A stretch of DNA of 64,000 nucleotides from an uncultured Pseudomonadota bacterium (lineage in GTDB: Bacteria > Pseudomonadota > Gammaproteobacteria > Steroidobacterales > Steroidobacteraceae): positions 67,736-131,735 of the forward strand of contig CAISEB010000043.1 in assembly GCA_903884235.1 (NCBI GenBank), written 5' to 3'. The notes below the pieces were generated by a model that worked only from the letters and a program-made list of their open reading frames with translations, searched no databases and was not told the origin of the DNA. Each line of letters starts with the position of its first letter. Position 1 is the first letter of the stretch. Shown here piece after piece: positions 56,984 through 64,000 of this stretch. The position numbers and the translations under genes were made by a program.

Positions 56984-59900
56984 ATGACCGACCGCTCCGT
57001 GCCGTTCCCGATGTTGTTCGCGAGTGCCGCCGGCTTCGGGCTCGGGGCCGCGATCGCGAGTGCCGCGACGCCGCCGGTTGGTCCGCCGCCGGGGCCCGGC
57101 GCCGTGCTCGCGGACCTGCCGTGGCGCATGGTCGGTCCGTTCCGTGGCGGGCGCACCCGGGCGGTCACGGGCGTGCCGGGGCAGCCCGACACCTTCTACG
57201 TCGGCGCGGTGAACGGCGGCGTCTGGAAGACCGACGACGCGGGTCGCACGTGGGACCCGGTGTTCGACTCGCAGCCCACCCAGTCGATCGGCGCGATCGC
57301 GGTCGCCCCCTCGGCGCCGGAGACGGTCTATGTCGGCAGCGGCGAGGGCCTGCTGCGCCCCGACCTGTCGGTCGGCGATGGCGTCTATCGCTCGGACGAT
57401 GGCGGCCGCCACTGGGTCCACGTCGGTCTCGACTTCGCCCAGCAGATCCCGGAACTCGCCATCGACCCGCGCAACCCGCGGCGCGTGTTCGCCGCCGTGC
57501 TCGGCCACCCGTTCGGCCCCAGTGCCGACCGTGGCCTGTATCGCAGCGAGGACGGCGGGGCGCACTGGGAGCGCGTGCTCGTCGTCGACGAGCACACCGG
57601 TGCCAACGGTGTCGTCATCGACCCGGCGCACCCGGACATCGTCTACGCGACGTTCTGGGAGGGACGGCTCGGTCCCTGGGAGGACGGCAACGAGTTCAAC
57701 GGCACGAGCGGTGGCGTCTTCAAGTCCACGGACGGCGGCAGCCACTGGCAGAAGCTCACCGAGGGACTGCCGAAGAACGCGAGCCAGATCAACCTCACCG
57801 TCGCGCCGAGCGCGACTTCGCGCCTGTACGCGATGGTCGCGACGACGGAGCCCGGCGACTACTCGTCGGCGGCCGGCCTCGGCCTGTTCCGCTCCGACGA
57901 TGCCGGGGCGCACTGGGCGCGCGTCACCGAGGACCCGCGACCGGTGCTGCGCATCGGTGGTGGCGACCATGCGGTGATCAAGGTCGATCCCCAGAACCCG
58001 GACGTCCTCTATACGGCCAGCATCGTGGCGATGAAGTCGGGCGACGGCGGCCACACCTGGACGCACCTGCGCGGCGCGCCGGGAGGCGATGACTACCAGA
58101 ACCTCTGGGTCAGTCCGTCCGACCCGAAGCGCATCGCGCTCGTCAGCGACCAGGGCGCGAACATCACGGTCAATGGCGGCCGCACCTGGTCGAGCTGGCT
58201 CAACCAGCCGACCGCGCAGCTGTACCACGCCGGCATCACGTCCTCGTTCCCGTACCGCATCTGCTCCGGCCAGCAGGAGAGCGGCTCGGTGTGCATCGCG
58301 AGCCGCGGCAACGACGGCGAGGTTACCGCGCACGACTGGCACCCGGTCGGCACGATCGAGTACGGCTACGTCGCGCCGGATCCGCTCGATGCGGACCTGA
58401 TCTACGGCGCCGGTCGCACCGAGGTGTCGCGCTTCCACGTGTCGACCGGACGCGTCGAGAACGTGAGCCCGATCGCCGTGCGCGACGGCACGATCCGCAC
58501 CGATCGCACCGAGCCCCTGATGTTCTCGCCGCACGATCCGCACGTGCTGTACTTCGGCACGAGCCGGCTGTTCCGCACCACCGACGGTGGCGTGCATTGG
58601 ACGATCATCAGTCCGGACCTCGCGCGTCCCGATCCGGGCGTGCCGGACAGCGTCGGCCCGCGCCATCCCGAGGGTGCCGAGAAGCAGCGTGGCGTGATCT
58701 ACGCGCTCGCGCCCTCGACGATCCAGAAGGGCCTGCTGTGGGCCGGGACCGATGACGGCACGATCTGGCGCACGGACGACGAAGGCGGCGCCTGGCACGA
58801 CGTGACGCCGCCGGTCCTGACCGGCTGGAGCAAGGTCACGCAGATCGATGCCTCGCACTTCGATCCGCGTAGCGCGTACGCCTCCGTGAGCCGCCTGCGC
58901 GTGGATGACCTCAAGCCCTATGTCTACCGCACGCGCGATGGCGGCGCGACGTGGCAGCCGATCGTCCAGGGCCTCGCGGACGGCGCGCCGGTGAACGCCG
59001 TGCGCGAGGATCCGGTGCGCCGTGGCCTGCTGTACGCGGCCACTGAACGGGCCGTGTGGGTGTCCTTCGACGACGGCGACCACTGGCAGTCGCTGCAGGG
59101 CAACCTGCCGCACACCTCGATGCGCGACCTCGTCGTCAAGGACAACGATCTCGTGCTCGCGACCCACGGCCGGGGCTTCTGGGTGCTCGACGACGTCAGC
59201 CGGCTGCGCCAGTGGCTGCCTGAGAAGCTCGCCATGCCCTGGCTGCTCACGCCGGCGCCGGCGTTCCGGCTCGCGCGCAGCACCTGGCCCGACACGCCGA
59301 TCGCGCCGGACGAGCCCACCGGCACGAATCCGCCGGCCGGTGCCGTGCTCGAGTACTACCTGCCGGTGGCGTCGAAGGGCCCGGTCTCGCTCGAGATCCT
59401 CGATTCCGCCGGGGCCGTCGTGCGCCGCTATGCCAGCAACGATCTTGTCGAGCCGAGCGCCGAGGACCTCGCGCGCCAGCTGATCCCGTCCTGGTGGGTG
59501 GCGACGCCGGGCGTGCTCGCGGCGACGCCCGGGCTGCACCGCTGGGTGTGGGACCTCGAGTACGCGGCGCCGCGCTCGCCGGCGACGGGCTACCCGATCA
59601 ACGCCGTGCCGCACGGCACGCCGCGCGGCCCGCGCGGTCCCACGGTGGTGCCGGGCCGCTACACCGTGCGCCTGGTCGTCGACGGCAAGGCATCGGAGGC
59701 GCCGCTCGAGGTCCGGGCGGATCCGCGCATGCCGGCCGCGCAGGTCGCAGGCCTCGGCGCGCAGGCCGGCGCGCTCAAGGTGCTCGCCGCTGCGCTCGAC
59801 CGGTCGACCGCGGCGCTGCTGACCGTGCGCTCGCTCCGCCAGCAGATCGAGGCCCTGAAGGCCACGGCGCCGGCGCCGGAGAAGGCTGCGCTCGAGTCGT

Positions 59901-60211
59901 ACGACCGCCAGTGCGCCCGCCTGCTCGAGGGCGAGAAGACGGCGACACCACCGGTGCTGGGGCTCGAGGCCGTGAACGGCCAGCTCGACGGCCTGTATGG
60001 CGCGGTGGCACGCGGCGATGCGCCGCCGACCGAGGCCCAGGCGAAGGCGAGCGCCGATGCGCTCGCACTCGTCGAGCCGCTCGTCGGCCAGTCGACGAAG
60101 CTCGTCGAGGCGCTCGCGCCGCTCAACCGCCAGCTGAAGATTGCGAAGCTCGCGGCGCTGCGCCCGGACCTGCTGCCGGCGCGCGACAAGAGCGTGGCCG
60201 ACGAGGAGTAG
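56984..60211 (+). CDS. large secreted BNR/Asp-box repeat (sortilin/VPS10-like beta-propeller) protein
   Basis: The signal peptide is MTDRSVPFPMLFASAAGFGLGAAIASAAT. Repeated SxDGGxxW Asp-box motifs occur (TDDAGRTWD, SDDGGRHW, SEDGGAHW, STDGGSHW, SGDGGHTW, TTDGGVHW, TRDGGATW, FDDGDHW). The product is 1075 aa. Confidence 0.7.
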   Translation: MTDRSVPFPMLFASAAGFGLGAAIASAATPPVGPPPGPGAVLADLPWRMVGPFRGGRTRAVTGVPGQPDTFYVGAVNGGVWKTDDAGRTWDPVFDSQPTQSIGAIAVAPSAPETVYVGSGEGLLRPDLSVGDGVYRSDDGGRHWVHVGLDFAQQIPELAIDPRNPRRVFAAVLGHPFGPSADRGLYRSEDGGAHWERVLVVDEHTGANGVVIDPAHPDIVYATFWEGRLGPWEDGNEFNGTSGGVFKSTDGGSHWQKLTEGLPKNASQINLTVAPSATSRLYAMVATTEPGDYSSAAGLGLFRSDDAGAHWARVTEDPRPVLRIGGGDHAVIKVDPQNPDVLYTASIVAMKSGDGGHTWTHLRGAPGGDDYQNLWVSPSDPKRIALVSDQGANITVNGGRTWSSWLNQPTAQLYHAGITSSFPYRICSGQQESGSVCIASRGNDGEVTAHDWHPVGTIEYGYVAPDPLDADLIYGAGRTEVSRFHVSTGRVENVSPIAVRDGTIRTDRTEPLMFSPHDPHVLYFGTSRLFRTTDGGVHWTIISPDLARPDPGVPDSVGPRHPEGAEKQRGVIYALAPSTIQKGLLWAGTDDGTIWRTDDEGGAWHDVTPPVLTGWSKVTQIDASHFDPRSAYASVSRLRVDDLKPYVYRTRDGGATWQPIVQGLADGAPVNAVREDPVRRGLLYAATERAVWVSFDDGDHWQSLQGNLPHTSMRDLVVKDNDLVLATHGRGFWVLDDVSRLRQWLPEKLAMPWLLTPAPAFRLARSTWPDTPIAPDEPTGTNPPAGAVLEYYLPVASKGPVSLEILDSAGAVVRRYASNDLVEPSAEDLARQLIPSWWVATPGVLAATPGLHRWVWDLEYAAPRSPATGYPINAVPHGTPRGPRGPTVVPGRYTVRLVVDGKASEAPLEVRADPRMPAAQVAGLGAQAGALKVLAAALDRSTAALLTVRSLRQQIEALKATAPAPEKAALESYDRQCARLLEGEKTATPPVLGLEAVNGQLDGLYGAVARGDAPPTEAQAKASADALALVEPLVGQSTKLVEALAPLNRQLKIAKLAALRPDLLPARDKSVADEE

Positions 60212-60368
60212 CGCGCCACCCCGACCGGATCGACTGCGCGGCACTGCAGGTTGCAGGTGCCGCGCGGGCGGCGGTAGATTCGGACGCGATGGCAGCGCGA
60301 CCCGGCGCAGGCGGCAGCGGCCGGTGGCGGGGCGCCTGCCGCAGGGCCGCGGCGGAGGAGGCGAGGCG

Positions 60369-60758
60369 ATGGATACGCCGATCTTCATGCACGGGGAGTG
60401 GGAGGACAACTACGACGATCCGTCGCACCCGATCCCGTCGCTGACCGCGATCGACGTGTACGGAGTGCACGCCGATGGCGGCTCCGATCTCGCGATCGTC
60501 GTCGCCTCGCCGCTGCGCGACGACGAGCGATCGCGCACGCGCCTGCTCGCGAAGCTCGACACCTACGTGCAGTTCCTGGCGTCGCCCGAGTACGTGCGCG
60601 AGTGCGGAGCCGCCTCGCCCACCAACACGACGATCCTCGTCAGCATCCACCCGGACTCGGACCCGGGGATGTTCGACCTCATCGACAGCTGCCGCGGCTG
60701 GGTCGAGGACCGGGGCGCCAGCCTCGCGCTCGAGCTGCGCCACACCTCGATCCAATGA
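60369..60758 (+). CDS. hypothetical protein (129 aa), no recognisable domain
   Basis: A strong Shine-Dalgarno sequence GGAGGAGG lies about 8 nt upstream of ATG 60369. Codon usage is genome-typical. The translation is MDTPIFMHGEWEDNYDDPSHPIPSLTAIDVYGVHADGGSDLAIVVASPLRDDERSRTRLLAKLDTYVQFLASPEYVRECG... It has no signal peptide or TM segment. Confidence 0.5.
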   Translation: MDTPIFMHGEWEDNYDDPSHPIPSLTAIDVYGVHADGGSDLAIVVASPLRDDERSRTRLLAKLDTYVQFLASPEYVRECGAASPTNTTILVSIHPDSDPGMFDLIDSCRGWVEDRGASLALELRHTSIQ

Positions 60759-60786
60759 CACCCGCGCTGCGGGCTGGAGACGCTGC

Positions 60787-61539
60787 ATGCTGATCACGGT
60801 CATCAACGCAACCCGCGGCCGCCTGTCGGACGACCAGCTGCAGACGGCGCTGCGCGCCGTCAACCGCCAGGTCGCCGATGACTTCCAGCCCTACTGGGGT
60901 TTCGGCGCGACGCTGCGCCTCGTCGGCACGCCACGCTCGAAGCTGCGCCAGGTGGACCTCAGGGACATGCGCGGCGATGCGATCCTCTACGTCTACGACG
61001 AGGTTCGCGCGAGCGATGCCGACGGGTTCCACATGAGCTGGTTCCGTGGTGTTCCGTATGGCGTCGTCTACGTGACGCTCGCGGACCGGATGAGCGAGGA
61101 CTGGACGGTGACGCTGTCGCACGAGGCGCTCGAGCTGATCGCGGATCCGGAGACGAACCTGCTCGTGCAGGCACGGGGTCCGAAAGGTCGGCGCAACGTC
61201 TACTACTGGTACGAAGTGTGCGACCCGGTCCAGAACGAGAGCTACCTCGTCGATGGCGTGCGGGTGAGCAACTTCGTGCTGCCGGCGTACTTCACGGCGG
61301 GGGAGGAGGTGAATGGCCGCAACGACTTCCTCGGCACGCGGAATGCCGGCCGGACCGTGCGCTCGTTCGGGGTCAACCCGGGTGGGTACCTCGGCTACTA
61401 CGACCCGCACACCCGCAAGACCGAGTACGTGATCGCGCCGGACGACCCGGTCGCCGCGGCGCGCAAGGCTCTGAAAGGCCGGCTGAAGACGGGGCGTGGC
61501 ACGCGGCGTCGGTCCGGGAAGCCGGATCCGCGACGCTGA
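60787..61539 (+). CDS. hypothetical protein (250 aa), no recognisable domain; second gene of a two-gene unit
   Basis: ATG 60787 is preceded by GGAG 8 nt upstream and lies 28 nt after the previous stop. The translation is MLITVINATRGRLSDDQLQTALRAVNRQVADDFQPYWGFGATLRLVG...SHEALELIADPETN...YYWYEVCDPVQNESYLVDGVRVSNFVLPAYFTAGEEVNGRNDFLG... The C-terminal tail is basic (KGRLKTGRGTRRRSGKPDPRR). Confidence 0.5.
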   Translation: MLITVINATRGRLSDDQLQTALRAVNRQVADDFQPYWGFGATLRLVGTPRSKLRQVDLRDMRGDAILYVYDEVRASDADGFHMSWFRGVPYGVVYVTLADRMSEDWTVTLSHEALELIADPETNLLVQARGPKGRRNVYYWYEVCDPVQNESYLVDGVRVSNFVLPAYFTAGEEVNGRNDFLGTRNAGRTVRSFGVNPGGYLGYYDPHTRKTEYVIAPDDPVAAARKALKGRLKTGRGTRRRSGKPDPRR

Positions 61540-61571
61540 CCGCGTCGCGCCGAGGCGCTCCACCGGGCTTC

Positions 61572-61650
61572 AATGGAAATCTCGGAAAGATCAGCAAGTT
61601 TTTGATGTTAATCGCGAATCAACGCCTGTCCTAGAATCTGGATCAAGCCC
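61572..61650. other. AT-rich island in a convergent intergenic region (possible terminator region or small RNA)
   Basis: The stretch caatggaaatctcggaaagatcagcaagtttttgatgttaatcgcgaatcaacgcctgtcctagaatctggatcaa is roughly 40% GC inside a 70% GC window. It is followed by the GC hairpin cgccgc-gac-gcggcg. It lies between the convergent genes ending at 61539 (plus strand) and 61816 (minus strand). Confidence 0.15.
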
Positions 61651-61815
61651 GCGCCGCGACGCGGCGGGACCCCGCCGCCTCGTGGCCGTGCTCCCTCACC
61701 GGGGCCACCTCTGCACGGGGCGCGCCGGGCGGCCGGGAGCGCCGCCCAGGCCGTTGTCCGGCGCCGAGCCGCCGTACCCCGACCTGGACCCCTCCTGGCG
61801 GCACGCCGTCCCCGA

Positions 61816-63372
61816 TCAGGCGCCCGCGGCGCCGATCCGGATGACGTCCTTGAGGACGCCCTCCAGGCCACCGAACACCGTCAGCTTGTCGATCTTCTCG
61901 GTCACCTTCTCGAGGGTCTCGAGCTCCTTCAGGCGCAGCAGCGTCGGGTTCTCGTCCATCAGCCGCGCCGTGTTGAGCAGCGAGCGCGTTGCCGCGGTCT
62001 CCTCGCGGCGGCGGATCAGGTTGGCCTGCGCAACCTTGTCGGCCTCGACGACGCGGTTGAGGATCGCCTTCATCTCGCCCGGCAGGATCACGTCCTTGAC
62101 GCCGACCCCGTGCACGCCGAGGCCCATCGCCTCGACGCGATTGCGGACGTGCGCCGCGATCTCGCGATCGAGCGTGTCCTTGTCGGCGAGCAGTTCGTCG
62201 AGCGTGCGGGTGCCGACCGCCTTGCGCAGCGCGAACTGCAGCTCCTTGTAGACATGGTCCGCGGCGTTCGCGACCGCGGCGCGCGCCGCCACCGCGTCCG
62301 TGACCTGCCAAAGCGCCATCAGGTTGATGCGCAGGCTGACCTTGTCGCGCGTCAGGATCTCCTGGCCCGAGACTTCGGCCGTCTGCAGGCGACCCTCGAC
62401 GACCTCGACGCCGATCGAGCGGCCACTCCTCCAGAACCCGTGCAGGCCGGGTGGCACGACGCCCGCGAAGCGGCCATCGACCACGAGCAGGCCGCGCGCC
62501 GAATCCGGGACCTCGGCGACGAGGATGTGCGCCTGGATCCGGGTTGCCGCCGGCCCGGTCGCGCGGACGAACGTCCGCAGCAGGTCATCCCGGATGCGGA
62601 TCTCCTCGCCGATGTCGACGCGCTCGACGCGCACGTCGATGGGGCCGTTCCAGTAGAGGTGGCGGCTGCCGGGCGCCAGCACGTCGCGGACCTGGCCGTT
62701 CGTGAAGGCGATGCCGACCTCGCGCGCGCCGATGTCGATCACGCGAACGTGCCGGGCGAGCTCCTCCCCGGACGAGGCGAGCAGCTCCTCGGCCCGGGGG
62801 TGCTGGAACTCGGGCACGCCGAGGTCGTGTGCCTCGACCTTGACCGAGCGACCGTTCTTCCAGAACGCGTGCATGCCTGCCGGCAGCATGTCCACGCAGC
62901 GACCGTCCACCAGCACGAGGCCGCGCGACGAGGGCGGCACCTCGACGAACTGCACGTGCTCGCGGATCGGCAGCGCGAGCTGCGTGGTGGCGCGCGCAAA
63001 CGTCCACACGAGCTCGTCCGCGACGCGGTAGTCGTGGCGCAGGTCGACGCGGTCGACGCGCACGTCGACGAGGCCGCGCCAGTACGCCTGGCGGCTCCCC
63101 GGCGGAAGCAGTCCCGCGAAGCGGCCGCGCTTGTACACAATGCCGATCTCGTGTGCGCCGATGTCCTCGACCTGCAGGTACGGCGCGAGCTGCGCGCCGG
63201 CGGTCGCGAGCAGCAGGTCGAGCCGCGCGTCGTTGTATTCGGGTACGTTCAGGTCGTGGACCTGGATGTCCGCACCCGCGAAGACCCAGTGCATGCCGGG
63301 CTGCAGCACGCCGACGAACGCGCCGTGCCTCCAGTGCAGGCCGATCTCGTGCTGATCAATCCTGATCGCCAT
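61816..63372 (-). CDS. SPFH/band-7 (stomatin/prohibitin-like) protein with a five-fold repeated N-terminal SPFH segment
   Basis: ATG 63372 is preceded by GGGAGGA 8 nt upstream. The C-terminal 230 aa are a canonical SPFH domain, ILTRDKVSLRINLMALWQVTDAVAARAAV...LGVHGVGVKDVILPGEMKAILNRVVEADKVAQANLIRRREETAA. The preceding 290 aa consist of reiterated segments of the type G(L/I)xxxxGxxxxxLxPGxHxxWxxGxxVxVxxxDL. Confidence 0.7.
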   Translation of the reverse strand: MAIRIDQHEIGLHWRHGAFVGVLQPGMHWVFAGADIQVHDLNVPEYNDARLDLLLATAGAQLAPYLQVEDIGAHEIGIVYKRGRFAGLLPPGSRQAYWRGLVDVRVDRVDLRHDYRVADELVWTFARATTQLALPIREHVQFVEVPPSSRGLVLVDGRCVDMLPAGMHAFWKNGRSVKVEAHDLGVPEFQHPRAEELLASSGEELARHVRVIDIGAREVGIAFTNGQVRDVLAPGSRHLYWNGPIDVRVERVDIGEEIRIRDDLLRTFVRATGPAATRIQAHILVAEVPDSARGLLVVDGRFAGVVPPGLHGFWRSGRSIGVEVVEGRLQTAEVSGQEILTRDKVSLRINLMALWQVTDAVAARAAVANAADHVYKELQFALRKAVGTRTLDELLADKDTLDREIAAHVRNRVEAMGLGVHGVGVKDVILPGEMKAILNRVVEADKVAQANLIRRREETAATRSLLNTARLMDENPTLLRLKELETLEKVTEKIDKLTVFGGLEGVLKDVIRIGAAGA

Positions 63373-64000
63373 CGTCGTGTCCTCCCTTTCCTTGGTCAGC
63401 TATGTCGTTGCAAGACTCGGGAACCGGGAACGCCCCGCGTCCGCGCCGCGGGTGACGGTGTGCAGCGGCGGCCAGTACGCGGCAGTCCCCGATGCGTCGT
63501 GTGCGCGGCGCGCACGCTCGGCATCCGGCAACGGCCGCGCCCGCCGACACCGCGAACCGCCCTCAGGGCGTCGCGGCCGCTGCGTCGGTCGTGCCGGCAT
63601 CCATGCCTTGGCCACGACCGGCGCCGGGGCGCCTCGGTGCGGGGATCGTCCCCGCCCGCGATGCTTGCGCATCGATCTCAACACTCCACTCTCGACCAAA
63701 CGCCGACTTGAAGGCAGGCGTCGTCCTCGTGCGATCAGCCCGGCCAGAGGATTTCGAGTCCCGGTTCCGGCACCGTGCAGGCCGGTCAGGCCTGTGGCTC
63801 CACGCACGCTCGTCTCGCGGGGCCGCACGCTGCGATATGCGTCGCCGGCAGAGCCGGGACGCACCAGGCAGGACTCGGGAGCCTGCACCGCTGCAGCGCG
63901 TCGATCTCGCTCGACTTGGTTTCGGGCTGTGCGCCCGGAAATTCCACCCGCGGCCCGCGGGCCGCCAAAACGCGCGGGCCCCGGTTGACGTTGCCAACCG

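Noticed and set aside
56927-60409. 1160-aa minus-strand ORF
   Set aside because: It is antisense to the BNR/sortilin-like gene, whose Asp-box repeats and signal peptide clearly identify the coding strand. It has an RRRR-rich artefactual composition.
63700-63800. T-loop-like motif GGATTTCGAGTCC suggesting a tRNA
   Set aside because: Only a 3-bp stem could be formed, and no acceptor, D or anticodon arms could be assembled on either strand.

Overview
This is a 64 kb, roughly 70% GC, gene-dense chromosomal segment that looks proteobacterial (beta- or gamma-proteobacterium) from its codon style and gene content. I support about 48 protein-coding genes. I found no rRNA, tRNA, CRISPR array, transposase, integrase or obvious mobile element. 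Many adjacent genes are joined by overlapping stop/start codons (ATGA or GTGA), which indicates operons. Most long ORFs in the six-frame track are antisense or alternative-frame artefacts of the high GC content and were discarded.

Modules in order along the window:
- 1-2084: an ECF sigma fragment, a zinc-binding anti-sigma factor and a secreted subtilisin-like lipoprotein in one operon.
- 2.6-7.3 kb: an OPT oligopeptide transporter, an MFS transporter and an FAD oxidoreductase, all on the minus strand.
- 7.5-11.3 kb: a DUF5690-like membrane protein, an orphan FabH-like KAS III, and an FMN-dependent alpha-hydroxy-acid dehydrogenase with a Tat-type signal.
- 11.3-17.5 kb: a 2-aminoethylphosphonate catabolic cluster of the phnW/phnA/phnY type. 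It has a GntR regulator and an embedded FAD-dependent oxidoreductase, and lacks phnX.
- 17.5-26.8 kb: a duplicated, functionally uncharacterised module of circularly permuted ATP-grasp, alpha-E and transglutaminase proteins, including a 1095-residue transglutaminase/DUF2126 protein.
- 26.8-31.6 kb: a TPR-sulfotransferase and a TonB-dependent receptor.
- 31.9-39.4 kb: a taurine dissimilation cluster. It holds a MocR-type regulator, a small NTF2-like protein plus an FAD oxidoreductase (TauXY-like), xsc, an acetate kinase in place of pta, and a YeiH-family exporter.
- 39.4-48.5 kb: an APC permease, a class-III aminotransferase, an aldo-keto reductase/RidA fusion coupled to a LivK-like binding protein, and a divergent livGFHM-like ABC operon.
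- 48.5-60.2 kb: secreted hydrolases (S9 peptidase, DUF885, CocE/NonD, a large BNR/sortilin-like protein) around a candidate rhodoquinone biosynthesis gene (RquA-like).
- 60.4-63.4 kb: two well-translated genes with no recognisable domains, and an SPFH/band-7 protein whose N-terminal SPFH segment is repeated five times.

All homology calls come from my reading of the translated sequences and motifs, not from database searches.
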